Assembly (NCBI GenBank): GCA_963824835.1
Contig: CAWGRA010000007.1
Span: forward strand, 70,464 to 134,463
Direction of reading: 5' to 3'
Source of the DNA: Terriglobia bacterium
GTDB lineage: Bacteria > Acidobacteriota > Terriglobia > Terriglobales > Acidobacteriaceae
Length of the DNA: 64,000 bases
Shown: positions 29,963 through 40,430 of the stretch, in pieces
How positions within the stretch are numbered: position 1 is the stretch's first letter
How the letters are laid out: each line of letters starts with the position of its first letter
Program-made: the position numbers and the translations under genes
The notes under the pieces: generated by a model
Databases searched by the model: none
Told to the model about the DNA's origin: nothing
Seen by the model: only the letters and a program-made list of their open reading frames with translations

Positions 29963-30138
29963 ATACTTGCTCCCTGGCCAAAATCTGGCCGGTGGTTACG
30001 CCTGCGGTTTACGTTGCCAAGCAACAACCCGATTGCGACGCCGAGCGCAAGCCAGAACATCCAGGCGCCGGAGACGACGGCGATCAGCGCGCCTGCGATC
30101 ACTCCGAGTACAACACCGAGAAGAGAGAACTTCTTCAT
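29959..30138 (-). CDS. Small two-TM membrane protein (59 aa; below the ORF-track cutoff)
   Basis: Manual translation gives MKKFSLLGVVLGVIAGALIAVVSGAWMFWLALGVAIGLLLGNVNRRRN... The stop overlaps the start of 29573-29962. Confidence 0.45.
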   Translation of the reverse strand: MKKFSLLGVVLGVIAGALIAVVSGAWMFWLALGVAIGLLLGNVNRRRNHRPDFGQGASI

Positions 30139-30206
30139 AGCTCATGTGAAACTCGCAACTCCAACCGGCGAGAGCCATTCTCCCGCCGGAGTTAGTTAAC
30201 TGCCTG

Positions 30207-31664
30207 TTACTTCCCTGCGCCTTTTGCCTTGGCGGCGTCATTGTCCCCAGGACCAGGTTTGGGAGATTTGTCGCCGATCAGGCGGACATTTGCGAGCAGG
30301 TCTTTAATCTGCATGCCGCTGAGCGATTCAAACAACGCCGGCACCTGTGCAGCGATCTCCGCCATGTCTCCGGTGATCTTGCTCATGCCGGCAGAATGGC
30401 CGTTGCCGGTGGAGACGATGGTGATCTTATCCACGTTGGCCAGCGGCGACGCCATGGCCCTTACAACTTCGGGCAGGCTGCTGATCAACTTATCCACCAC
30501 GGCAGCCTGGTTGTATTCCTGATAGGCCTCCGCCTTGATGTTCATGGCGCGGGCCTCGGCTTCACCCTTCTTGAAGATGATGTCGGCTTCGGCTTCACCC
30601 TGAACGCGGATGGCGCTGGCGCGACCTTCGGCTTCAGCGATGAGGCGCTGCCGTTCGCCATCGGCGATATTGAGCACGCGCTGCTTTTCGATTTCCGCCT
30701 GCTTCAGCACCGTGGCGATGAGTTCTTTTTCATGGCGCGAGATTTCCGCTTCCTGCACCTTGATCTGCTGTTCTTTCTCCACCTGCTGGATCCTGACCTG
30801 CTCGGCGATGACCTGCTGCTGCTGAATGTTGGTCTGGATTTCATAGGCTTTGTCGGCCTGCGCCTGCTGCGTCTTTACCAGTTGCAGGTATTCGGCTTTC
30901 TTTACTTCCAGATCGCGCTGGGCTTCTGCCTGCTTGGCCTGTGAAAGGGTTTCCGCCAGCACACGTTCCTGATCGGCCTGCGCCCTGGCGACAGCGGCGG
31001 CACGCTGCGCTTCCGCTTTCTTGATGGCGGTATCACGCTCGGCTTCAGCGGCCGCGACGTCAGCATCGCGCTTGATGCGGGCAACATCAGGACGGCCCAT
31101 GTTGGCGATGTATTCGTTCTTGTCGCGGACTTCCTTGATGGTGAATGAGATCACTTCCAGGCCCATCTTGCTCATGTCACCCGCGCAGGTGGCGCGCATG
31201 CGGTCGCCTACCATTTCAGGTTCCTTGACGATCTGCTCAACCGTGAGCTGGCCGATGATGCCGCGCAGGTGACCTTCCATCACCAGACGAATCAGGCCTT
31301 CACGCTGCGCCGGCGTCTTGGTAAGAAACTGCTCGGCGCCGGTACGGATAGAGATATCGTCAGACTTCACCTTGATCTGCGCGACGGCTTCTACCGTGAC
31401 GGCCACGCCCTGGCTGGTGTAGAGGTCCTGTTGCGGCGCAACATCGAACGACATTAATTCAAGAGACAACAGACGGCAGCTTTCAATCAAGGGCCAGATC
31501 ACGCTGCCAGCGCCCTTGATTACACGCGGCGTTTTGCCGCGACCATAAACCAACAAAGCTTCATTCGGGCCAACTTTGCGATACAACCGGGCCAACATGC
31601 TGATGGTCAGCATCACTCCCAGAATGCCCAAGCCAACAACAATCCAGATTGTCTGCATCTCCAT
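30207..31664 (-). CDS. Flotillin (SPFH/Band-7 family) protein
   Basis: AGGAGG RBS, then MEMQTIWIVVGLGILGVML (TM). SPFH core, then long EA-rich repeats (AEAQRAAAVARAQADQERV...). Confidence 0.9.
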   Translation of the reverse strand: MEMQTIWIVVGLGILGVMLTISMLARLYRKVGPNEALLVYGRGKTPRVIKGAGSVIWPLIESCRLLSLELMSFDVAPQQDLYTSQGVAVTVEAVAQIKVKSDDISIRTGAEQFLTKTPAQREGLIRLVMEGHLRGIIGQLTVEQIVKEPEMVGDRMRATCAGDMSKMGLEVISFTIKEVRDKNEYIANMGRPDVARIKRDADVAAAEAERDTAIKKAEAQRAAAVARAQADQERVLAETLSQAKQAEAQRDLEVKKAEYLQLVKTQQAQADKAYEIQTNIQQQQVIAEQVRIQQVEKEQQIKVQEAEISRHEKELIATVLKQAEIEKQRVLNIADGERQRLIAEAEGRASAIRVQGEAEADIIFKKGEAEARAMNIKAEAYQEYNQAAVVDKLISSLPEVVRAMASPLANVDKITIVSTGNGHSAGMSKITGDMAEIAAQVPALFESLSGMQIKDLLANVRLIGDKSPKPGPGDNDAAKAKGAGK

Positions 31665-31681
31665 ACCGCCTCCTAAGATCT

Positions 31682-32312
31682 TCACAAACTTTTCTCCTCT
31701 TCTTCAGGCAGGATGCCGGCGCAGCCAGCCATGTCACTCCAGCGGCGCACGTAAGCCACGCCTTTATCAAAGCGAGTGACTATTACTTCTTCCCCGCGCT
31801 TAAGTTCTTCCTGCTCTTCACTGCGGGCGGCACATGCTTTGCGCGCGCCTTCCTGCTCAAAAATGATTTCTCCGGTGCCACCTCTGCGAATGGTTCCGCT
31901 GATTCTTCCCAGGACGCCCGTCATTTCATAGTCAGCAGGGTCCATGGTGTAGTCATGCGCCATGAGATATTTGGCCGCGAAGATAAAAACAATGGAAGCT
32001 CCGGCCAGTCCAGCCAGCGATGCAATCATCAGTCCGGCAAAGGCCCATATGTGCCTGTAATGGACCAGCAGATAACCGGCTCCGCCAAACCAGGCCAGAA
32101 AGACGGCGACGGTCATGGGATTGAAGACCGGAAAACTTGCCGTGCGAGTGGCCGGCTGCTCCGCCGTGTCCGACATGACCTGCATGGCCGATGCCATGAA
32201 AGTGTCCATGCGGAAGATGAACGTGGAAATGCAATGTGCCGCTGAGAAATGAGACCGCGGTAAAGGCAAAGCCAACAACGAAACAGATCAGATAAAAAAG
32301 TTCCCAGTTCAT
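31682..32312 (-). CDS. NfeD-family membrane protein (one frame correction near 32130)
   Basis: TM-rich N-terminus with a His-rich loop. C-terminal OB-like GVLGRISGTIRRGGTGEIIFEQEG...GEEVIVTRFDKGVAYVRRW. Directly precedes flotillin. Confidence 0.8.
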
Positions 32313-32830
32313 GCTTGTGCCTCGCTTAAGTCCTGTGCGCTAAACCCAAGAGGCTCCTTGTCCGCCTGGGGACGCAATACCTGCAATAGACGATCGGCCA
32401 ACTGGGGCGTTTCCAGAATGGCGTCAATCAGAAGAAGACAGCGGCGCGAATCATCATGCTTGGCGATGTTGAGCAGCGCCCGCCCGACTGTTGGGTCATT
32501 ACGGAAACGCTCCGCGCCCTGAATCAACCAAAGATCAAGCTGGTCCTCCTGCGCGCTCAGGTCAGAGAGGAGCTCGGTGTGAAAACCCTCCGGATCATCC
32601 ACGAGGTATCCGGGATGGACTTTAAAAAATCTGGAGAGCAGCAAACGGGTTTTATTAGTGAGGTGCGGGCGCGCTCCGTTTTCAATCTGCGAGAGATAGC
32701 TCTGGCTGATTTTGTCTTTCAGTTCCTTGTTGATGGCGCGCACCACTTCGAGTTGCGTCATGTCACGGCCAAGACCGCGGAGATTGCCTTCCATGAGCCG
32801 GAGGTAGCGTAATTTTTCGCCCAATTTCAT
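32309..32830 (-). CDS. XRE-family HTH regulator with a ~100-aa C-terminal domain
   Basis: MKLGEKLRYLRL...MTQLEVVRAINKELKDKISQSYLSQIENGARP. The stop overlaps the NfeD start (ATGA). Confidence 0.75.
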   Translation of the reverse strand: MKLGEKLRYLRLMEGNLRGLGRDMTQLEVVRAINKELKDKISQSYLSQIENGARPHLTNKTRLLLSRFFKVHPGYLVDDPEGFHTELLSDLSAQEDQLDLWLIQGAERFRNDPTVGRALLNIAKHDDSRRCLLLIDAILETPQLADRLLQVLRPQADKEPLGFSAQDLSEAQA

Positions 32831-33058
32831 ATCGCTAATCGCAATAACATATTTCAATTTGCAATATGAGTCAAGCAGAATCGAAGCAGGAGCCTGTGGA
32901 TTTCCGGAGCTGAAGCAGAACTGCTTATTTACCAATAACTTGGAACCATCATTTCTGTGTTTGTGGTGCTTGCGAATGCAGCGTTGCGCAATGGATTTAT
33001 ACATCGCTTCACGGAGGCGAGCCATCCTACCTGATGAATCCTAAAAAGGGAGAACTCT

Positions 33059-33878
33059 ATGAATTCCCGCGAGCTCATTAACGGGTCGCCGCTAAATTCC
33101 GTGAACACACGAAAATGGGCAGCTCTAATCAGCGGAGCTGCAGTCGCCGTTTATGGCATAACCCGCAAATCCTGGACAGGAGCCGCGCTGGCCGGAGCCG
33201 GAGGCTACCTTTTATATGAGGGTGTCCGCAATGGCGGCGCACCAAAACAATTTTCGATTAAGCGCTCGATCACCATCAACCGACCAGCGACAGAGCTGTA
33301 CCAGTTCTGGCGCAACCTGGGAAATCTCCCCAGCTTTATGGAGCACCTGGAATCAGTATCTGAACGCGATGGAGTATCGCACTGGGTGGTGACAGGGGCC
33401 GATGCGCAGGACCATTGAATGGAACGCCCGAATAAGCCAGGAGCATCCGAATGAGCTGATTCGCTGGCATTCGCTGCCGGGAAGTCCGGTGGACCATCGT
33501 GGTTCAGTGGAATTCGAAACCGCGCCGGGCAATCGCGGCACGATTGTGACAGTGAACCTGGAATATGGGACGCCCGCGGGCAGAGCCGGCAATGTGGTGT
33601 CTTCCCTGTTCGGCAAACATCCGGAGCAGATCGTAAGAGAAGAGCTTCGCCATTTTAAACAACTGATGGAAGCGGGCGAGATCCCGACCACCCACGGCCA
33701 GCCAGCAGGTGAACGCGGGCTGAAAGGCAAGGCCATGGAAAAGATGCTGGGCGAAACAACAAGCCAGACTCCGATCGAGGAGATTGAAGCTGTGGAACGT
33801 CGCTTCAATGTGAATCGGGAAACCGCAGGAACTGAAACCCGCGAACCGGTGGCGTTCCGCCGCCGCGTACGAGCCTGA
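33059..33878 (+). CDS. SRPBCC (cyclase/dehydrase) family protein with an N-terminal membrane segment (one frame correction near 33400)
   Basis: [14 protein letters not shown]...[44 protein letters not shown]...IEWNARI...IRWHSLPGS. Confidence 0.65.
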
Positions 33879-33888
33879 AGGAGGAGAG

Positions 33889-35064
33889 ATGAGAGCGAAT
33901 TGTTGGCATGGCACCGGCGACCTGAGAATTGAGACAGTACCCGATCCGAAGATCCTGAATAAGCGTGATGCGGTGGTGAAGATCACCAGCTCAGCCATCT
34001 GCGGATCAGACCTTCATCTTTATGATGGATTTATTCCTACGATGGAACCCGGCGACATTCTGGGCCACGAGTTCATGGGCGAAGTTGTGGAGCTTGGGCC
34101 GGACGTTAAGAACCTGAAAGTCGGGGACCGCGTGGTGGTTCCCTTTACCATCGCTTGCGGCAACTGCTTTTTCTGCAAGGAACAACTGTGGTCGCTGTGC
34201 GATAACAGCAATCCCAACGCCTGGGTGGCGGAGAAGATGTACGGCTACTCTCCTTCCGGGCTTTTCGGATACTCCCACATGCTGGGTGGATACGCCGGCG
34301 GACAGGCGCAATATGCGCGCGTGCCCTTTGCCGATGTGGGACCGCTGAAGATCGAGTCCGACCTGGATGATGAGCAGGTACTTTTCCTCTCCGATATTTT
34401 CCCCACCGGCTACATGGGCGCGGAGAACTGCAACATTCGATCCGGTGACACTATTGCCATCTGGGGATGCGGACCTGTGGGCCAGATGGCGATCCGCAGT
34501 GCGTTTCTGCTGGGCGCGGAACGAGTGATTGCGATTGACCGGTTCCCGGAACGCCTGCGTATGGCAGCGAACGGCGGCGCCGAAATCATCAATTACATGG
34601 AAGTAGATGACGTTCTGGATGTACTCCGTGACATGACAGGCGGACGAGGTCCGGATGCGTGCATTGACGCGGTAGGCCTGGAAGCGCATGGGCACACCGC
34701 CGGCGCGCTCTATGACAAGGTGAAAGCAGCGACCTTCATGGCCACCGACCGGCCCAATGTCCTGCGCCAATGCATCATGGCATGCCGGAAAGGCGGAACG
34801 GTCTCCATCCCCGGTGTTTACGGCGGGCTGCTGGACAAGATTCCGTTCGGAGCGGCCATGAACAAGGGCCTGACCTTCAAGATGGGGCAAACCCACATGA
34901 TGAAATATATGAAGCCGCTGCTGGAACGGATTGAAAGAAAGGAAATCGATCCCAGCTTTGTGATCACGCATCGTGTGTCCCTGGAAGATACTCCTGAGAT
35001 GTATAAAACTTTCCGGGATAAACAAGATGAGTGCATCAAAGTTGTGTTGAAACCAGCGGCGTAA
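33889..35064 (+). CDS. Zn-dependent alcohol dehydrogenase family, glutathione-independent formaldehyde dehydrogenase-like
   Basis: Intact, 391 aa. [39 protein letters not shown]. Confidence 0.85.
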   Translation: MRANCWHGTGDLRIETVPDPKILNKRDAVVKITSSAICGSDLHLYDGFIPTMEPGDILGHEFMGEVVELGPDVKNLKVGDRVVVPFTIACGNCFFCKEQLWSLCDNSNPNAWVAEKMYGYSPSGLFGYSHMLGGYAGGQAQYARVPFADVGPLKIESDLDDEQVLFLSDIFPTGYMGAENCNIRSGDTIAIWGCGPVGQMAIRSAFLLGAERVIAIDRFPERLRMAANGGAEIINYMEVDDVLDVLRDMTGGRGPDACIDAVGLEAHGHTAGALYDKVKAATFMATDRPNVLRQCIMACRKGGTVSIPGVYGGLLDKIPFGAAMNKGLTFKMGQTHMMKYMKPLLERIERKEIDPSFVITHRVSLEDTPEMYKTFRDKQDECIKVVLKPAA

Positions 35065-35087
35065 CAACAAACAACATGCGGCAAGAT

Positions 35088-35117
35088 GAGGCGGGGCAGA
35101 AGCTCCGCCTCTTTTTT
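35088..35117 (+). terminator. Rho-independent terminator
   Basis: gaggcgg-ggcagaagct-ccgcctc followed by tttttt. Confidence 0.8.
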
Positions 35118-35199
35118 GTTCGCCACGCCCCGCCTGAACATCGTCTACGAACAAAGTACTAAGAAACCTTATACGTGGCTCAGAGCATCTCAGTCTGAC

Positions 35200-35445
35200 A
35201 TGGCGACGAGAGTCCAGATGCTCGGGAAAGAAGTAATAGGCTGGGCCCTCCTGGTGTTAGCGATACTGTTATTTCCCATCCCCGTGATTCCAAGTGTTCT
35301 TTTGGTAGCTGGGCTTCTGGCACTTTCGTCGCGATATTGTTGGGCGGCAAAATTACTTGCCAGGGCGGGAAAGGTAGTTCCCGCCCGGATCATGCCGATG
35401 AATTTGCCGGTTGATAATGTTGTAGTGTCTGAGCTGAGTGTCTAG
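35200..35445 (+). CDS. Small membrane protein, PGPGW-like
   Basis: GWALLVLAILLFPIPVIPSVLLVAGLLALSSRYCWA. Confidence 0.45.
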   Translation: MATRVQMLGKEVIGWALLVLAILLFPIPVIPSVLLVAGLLALSSRYCWAAKLLARAGKVVPARIMPMNLPVDNVVVSELSV

Positions 35446-35507
35446 CGCAGTTGCAAGGTAGTGTCTCCTTTTGGGAAAGGCGTAGCGATCAATGCTGCGC
35501 CTTTTTG

Positions 35508-35607
35508 TTGTCGCTTCGCTCCAAACCGCTTGAGCAGTTTTATCGTCAGCTCGATGCCTCGTGCTCCTGTGGCACGCGGTTCGGCGCGCAAGTCGGCCTC
35601 ACCGCGT
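35508..35607. repeat. Diverged third copy of the ~83-nt repeat family seen at 12828-13010
   Basis: ttgtcgcttcgctccaaaccgct...cgtgctcctgtggcacgcggttcggcgcgcaagtcggcctcacc aligns with unit 2 at 12911-13010. Confidence 0.65.
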
Positions 35608-35672
35608 TAGGGGCGTAATCTTTTCTTTAGAAGTTGGGGGCTGAAGGACGGAACAGGGCTTCAGGAATCAAA

Positions 35673-35776
35673 CAATTACCCAATTACTCAAATTTACTCA
35701 AATCACTCAATTACCCGTTACTCAATTACCCATTCACTCAATTACCCAAATTACCCAATTACCCAATTACCCAATC
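35673..35776. repeat. Heptamer tandem array (~15 units of CAATTAC / TCAATTA variants) spanning the emrB-like stop codon
   Basis: caattac ccaatta ctcaaat ttactca aatcact caattac ccgttac tcaatta cccattc actcaat tacccaa attaccc aattacc caattac ccaatcc. Confidence 0.9.
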
Positions 35777-37358
35777 CGTCAATGCGCTCCCATGCCCGGT
35801 CCGCCGCCCCTTTCTTGGGCTTCTTCATCAGGAAGATGAGCGGAATGCAGGCAAGGAACATGACGGCAAGGATGAAAAACACATCAGAATAGGCAAGCAT
35901 GGAGGCCTGTTGTTCCACCATGCCATTAATGGCGGCATAGGCCTGTTTCAAGGCCGTAGCCTGGTCCATGCCTCGGGCCATGAAGCCCTGCATGATCTGT
36001 TGCAGCATCTGGCGGGTGAGAGCGCTGTATTGGGTAACGTTGCGGCCCAGATCATTGAGGTGCTGCTGCATGTGGCGCGCGTTGAGCGTGGTCACGCTGG
36101 CAATGCCGACGCTGGCGCCGATATTGCGCATCAGGTTGAACAGGCTGGTGGCGTTGCCCATCTCCTCTTTGGGGATTGGGTCATTGGTGATGGTGGTGAG
36201 CGGAACAAAGAGCAGTCCCATGGACGCGCCCTGAAGAAGCTGCGGCCAGAAGATGTCCCAGTATCCGGCGTTCAGGTTGAGGCGTGACAGAGCATAGATG
36301 CTGTAGCTTGCGATCACCAATCCGGCGCCAAGCAGTTTACGCGGCTCGATTTTTCCCATCAGAATGCCGACGATCGGCATGAAGAGAAATGATCCCAGTC
36401 CGCGAGGAAGCATGGCGAAGCCCGCCTGCAATGCAGGATAGCCCATCAGAGTCTGCAACCACAGCGGCAGGAGCACGGTGCTGCCGTAGAGCACAAAGCC
36501 CAGCACCGTCATCAGAAACACGCCGGTGCTGTACGTTCGCTCCTTGAAGACGCGCAGATGGACCACGGGATGGTCAGCGGTAAGTTCACGGAAGATGAAA
36601 AGCCCCAGACCGAGAACGCAGAATACGAACAGCCAGGTGATAAAGTGCGAACCGAACCAGTCTTCTTCCTGGCCTTTATCCAGCATGATTTGCAGCGAGC
36701 CGATGCCCACGGCCAGCAGGCCAATGCCCCAGTAATCAATGCCGCCTTCACCGCGCTTGATATATGGAGGATCATGGATGAAGGCCAGCGCCATGAGGAC
36801 CGCAGCCGCGCCAACCGGAATGTTGATATAGAAAAGCCAGCGCCAGCTATAGCTGTCAGTAATCCAGCCGCCAAGCACGGGACCGATCATGGGGGCCACC
36901 ACAATGCCAAGCGCCCAGAATGCCATGGCCTTGCCGCGCTTTTCCGGAGGGAAAGCTTCCATCATGATGGCTTGCGAGAGTGGTTGCAGACCTCCGCCGG
37001 TAGCTCCTTGAAGAACGCGGAACAAAATCAGCATGGACAGGTTTGGGGCGATTCCGCAAAGAAAGGAAAAGAGCGTGAATCCGCCCACTGACATCAGCAG
37101 AATGTTGCGCCGCCCAAACTGGTTGGAAAGCCATCCGGTCAGCGGCAGCACAATGGCATTGGAAACAAGATATGACGTGAGGACCCAGGTGGCTTCGTCA
37201 GTGCTGGCGGAAAGATCGCCGGCAATGTGCTGGAGTGATACGTTGACCACGGTGGTATCCAGCACCTCCATGAAAGTGCCGAGCATCACCGAGACGGCAA
37301 TCAGCCACGGGTTTACGTCACTCCTTGCTGCCGCTGGATTGAATGTCTGCGTTGCCAT
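35751..37358 (-). CDS. DHA2-family MFS efflux permease (EmrB/QacA type, 14 TM)
   Basis: Intact, 535 aa. VMLGTFMEVLDTTVVNVSL, LTGWLSNQFGRRN, and the typical 14-TM layout. The last ~8 codons (GLGNWVIG) are read from the heptamer array. Confidence 0.9.
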   Translation of the reverse strand: MATQTFNPAAARSDVNPWLIAVSVMLGTFMEVLDTTVVNVSLQHIAGDLSASTDEATWVLTSYLVSNAIVLPLTGWLSNQFGRRNILLMSVGGFTLFSFLCGIAPNLSMLILFRVLQGATGGGLQPLSQAIMMEAFPPEKRGKAMAFWALGIVVAPMIGPVLGGWITDSYSWRWLFYINIPVGAAAVLMALAFIHDPPYIKRGEGGIDYWGIGLLAVGIGSLQIMLDKGQEEDWFGSHFITWLFVFCVLGLGLFIFRELTADHPVVHLRVFKERTYSTGVFLMTVLGFVLYGSTVLLPLWLQTLMGYPALQAGFAMLPRGLGSFLFMPIVGILMGKIEPRKLLGAGLVIASYSIYALSRLNLNAGYWDIFWPQLLQGASMGLLFVPLTTITNDPIPKEEMGNATSLFNLMRNIGASVGIASVTTLNARHMQQHLNDLGRNVTQYSALTRQMLQQIMQGFMARGMDQATALKQAYAAINGMVEQQASMLAYSDVFFILAVMFLACIPLIFLMKKPKKGAADRAWERIDGLGNWVIG

Positions 37359-37407
37359 GCTTATGAGATCGCTTTTATGAGACGACTCTTGTGAGATCGC
37401 CGGCCTG

Positions 37408-38687
37408 TTACTTTACGAATACGACCGGAACCACGGACATACCCGGTCGCAAAAGATGGTTCGGGTCCTGGCCGGGATTGATGCGGATGCGTACCGGCAG
37501 GCGCTGAACAACTTTTACGTAGTTGCCGGTTGCGTTCTCCGGTGGCAGCAGGCTGAATCGTGCACCCGTGGCTCCGGGCATGGATTCCACCGTGCCTTCA
37601 AATTTTTTGCCATACGCATCCACCTCAATCTCAACCCGCTGCCCAGGACGCATATTCTTCAACTGCGTTTCCTTGAAGTTGGCGGTGACCCAAATGTCAT
37701 CAAGATTCACAATGGAAAACAGCGGCTGGCCTGCCTGAACAACCTGTCCGGGTTCAACGTTGCGCTTGCTGAGCACACCGGTGACGGGCGCGTAAACTTT
37801 GGTGTATTGAAGATTGAGTTCCGCCTGTTCAAGAGCAGCCTTGTATTTCTGTACGTCAGCAACGGCAGCTCCGGCGCGGGCACGCGTGACCCTGATCTGC
37901 TCAGGAACTGTGTGGGCCGCGTCAGCCTGCGCGCGTGTCTGCGCGACACGGCTTTCCGCGCTGGATACCGCCGCATTGGCCGCGTCCAGCGTGGCTTTCG
38001 CGGAAGCCGCGGTGGCCACCGCCGCGTCATATTGCTGGCGGGAAATTTCATCGCGTTGCACCAGCATTTCCATGCGCTTCAAATCGGCAGCGGCCTTGGT
38101 GTAATTGGCCTGAGCTTCCTGTACACGCGCCTGCGCCGCCTGCACTTCGCGGTCAGCAGAGCGCACAGCAGCATCGGCCGCAACCAACTGGCTGGAACTG
38201 GTGGTGGTGGTAAGCGGAATTCCCACGTTCGCAGCCGTGGAGCTTGCTTCAGCATTCGCCAGATCGGCCCTGGCGCGATCGACTGCCACCTGATAGTCCT
38301 TGGGATCAAGCTCAACCAGCAGCGTTCCTGCCTGCACCAATTCATTGTCGTCATGGAGTACGCGGATCGCGGTACCGGTGATGCGGGCGCTGATGGGAAT
38401 GATATGGCCGTCCACTTGCGCGTCATCCGTGGATTCGCGCAACGAATAGTAATGCCAGACAAACGCAACCACCGCGATCACCAGCACTGCAATTGCCAGC
38501 AGCACCCATTTAGCGCGCGGATTTTTGCGAAAGAAGCCCGGCTGCTTTTGCGGCGCCCGTTCACCGCCGCACGCTCCTCCTGCTCGCCAATGCTGTCCTG
38601 GTCCACGCGATGAGGGCGCTTCACGTCCTCTTCTTCTTCATAAGTGGGCGAGGTTTTTACCGGTTCAGCCACCTTATTTCCCTCCAA
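37408..38687 (-). CDS. HlyD/EmrA-family membrane fusion protein (one frame correction near 38520)
   Basis: TM LLAIAVLVIAVVAFVW. STDDAQVDGHIIPISARITG, long coiled-coil A-rich hairpin, VYAPVTGVLSKRNVEPGQ. Confidence 0.85.
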
Positions 38688-40153
38688 GGAATGCTTTGGT
38701 CTGCTCTTCAGCCACTCCCAGAGCTCTTGCCAAAGTCAATTTCGCAACGTTGTTTAGATAAAGAGCCTGGATGTAAGATTCATTCGCGGTGGCCACGGCT
38801 TCCTGCGACTGGACCACGTCCAGCGTACCTGCAACACCGGCGGCGAATCTGTCCTGTGATTGTTTCAACTGCTCTGCCGCCAGCCCAATGGAAGATTGCG
38901 CCACCTTCACCTGCTCGGCTGACGTGTTCACGTCCAGCAGCGCCGAACGGACATCCACTTCAATGCGGTTCCGCAGATCTTCCAGTTGCAACCTGCTCTG
39001 GCGAAGATCGGATTCAGCCTGGGCCACGTCAGCATGTGCGCGTCCGCCCTGAAAAATGGGAATACGCACGCCCGCGGAAAACGTATATGTGTTTTCCAGG
39101 CTATTGAAAGTTTTGCCCAGGACGCCAAAGTCGCCGTTGATCTGTGCCGTGGGAAGCATTTCGCCTTTGGCGGCCTTCACGGCAAGCTCCAGCGCGCGAG
39201 TGCGCGCTTCCGCGGCCAGAAATTCCGGACGCTGTTGATATGCCCGCTTCAAGCTGCTTTCCAGATCAATCGCCGGGGAAGGCCCATACGGCACCGCGTC
39301 AGTGAGTTCATATTGTTGCGCCACCGGCAGTCCGATGATCCGTGCCATCGCCATCTTCTGCTGCTCATATTGATCTTGTGCGGATAACACTCGTTGCTGC
39401 TGGGTCTGCATCTGCACCTGCGCGCGCAGAACATCAATTCCCGCCGCCACACCGGCGTTCTTCTGGTCCTGCGTTTGCTTGAAAATGGTCTGCGCCGTTT
39501 CCAGCTGTGTCCTGGAGGTTTGCAGCCGGGATGCAGCAGCCTGCGTCTGCAAATATTGGTTTCCCACCACCAGCACCACCAGCTCACGGGCGTCTGCCAT
39601 GGTGAACTTGGCGGCTCGTTCGTTCTCCGCCGACTGCCGCAGCCGGTTCATCGCGTTAAAGTCCACAACGGTCTGTGAAAAAGCGCCCCGCGCGTCAATG
39701 ACGTTGAAGGGTCCCACAACCGGTGAGGTCAGCCCCGCGGGCAATGGAATGCCAAAAGCCGCAAGATTGATCTGCTGGATTGAATCCGTGGCTCGCCCCG
39801 AAATGTTCGGCAACAATGAGCTCAGGTTGCGGCGATATTGCGCTCGCGCTGCCTGCGTCTGCTCCTGTGAGAGCAGTAAACCAAGGTTGTGCCGTATGCC
39901 GCGATCAATTGCGTCCAGAATCGAAATCTTCAGGACTCCGGGCGTAACTTTATCAATCTTTGCGCTGCCGCTGAACACACCAATGCCTGGCGTCTGGAAC
40001 GTGGCCTGCGGCTGAGTGGAGGTTGTCTGCTCATTCGTTGTAGTGGCGCCGCCCTGGCCCGGTGCTTGCGCGGTTGCTGGCAGCTACTACAGCGGTTACC
40101 ACCGACAAATACAAACTCCATAAACCAATGAATGACGGCCTCTTTGCTTTCAC
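38674..40153 (-). CDS. TolC-family outer membrane efflux protein (one frame correction near 40055; GTG start inferred)
   Basis: Signal VKAKRPSFIGLWSLYLSVVTAVVAA. Two repeated halves with LLPNISG..., RAQVQMQTQQQRV, LDVVQSQEAVATANE. Confidence 0.85.
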
Positions 40154-40276
40154 GACTTTCTCTTCCGATTATTCATGGCGTTTAGATGCTCTCGTGAATA
40201 TAGGTTCTCCCCCGTGTACGGGCGTTTTCAGGTTATGTTTTTGAAACCGCTGTGCGAAGTCCGGCAGAGGGGCAGG

Positions 40277-40296
40277 AATTAACCAACCGGTTAATT
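40277..40296. promoter_or_regulatory. 8-4-8 inverted repeat AATTAACC-aacc-GGTTAATT, candidate operator upstream of the efflux operon
   Basis: Perfect 8-bp arms read directly, about 125 nt upstream of the inferred tolC-like start. Confidence 0.35.
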
Positions 40297-40363
40297 AGAT
40301 TACCAGCGCAGGGCAGATGGATGCAAATAAATTCAGGGCTTGCGTCGCCATGTCTGCTGTAAA

Positions 40364-40395
40364 GCGGAAAAGAAAAGGGGCCGTTAAAAGCCCCT
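40364..40395 (-). terminator. Rho-independent terminator for the minus-strand gene ending at 40431
   Basis: On the minus strand: aaggggc-ttttaacg-gcccctt followed by ttcttttcc. Confidence 0.7.
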
Positions 40396-40430
40396 TTCAG
40401 GTGTTGGCGGGAAATACATTTATGTTTCGC

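Noticed and set aside
34006-35154. 382-aa minus-strand ORF
   Set aside because: It is fully antisense to the intact Zn-dependent dehydrogenase gene (33889-35064). The translation is Arg/His/Gly-rich with no motifs. Shadow ORF.
37456-38613. 385-aa plus-strand ORF
   Set aside because: It is antisense to the HlyD/EmrA-family gene, and its low-complexity Arg/Gly-rich translation has no motifs. Shadow ORF. The nested ORFs 37707-38051, 37814-38104 and 38079-38468 are also artefacts of the Ala-rich coiled-coil region.
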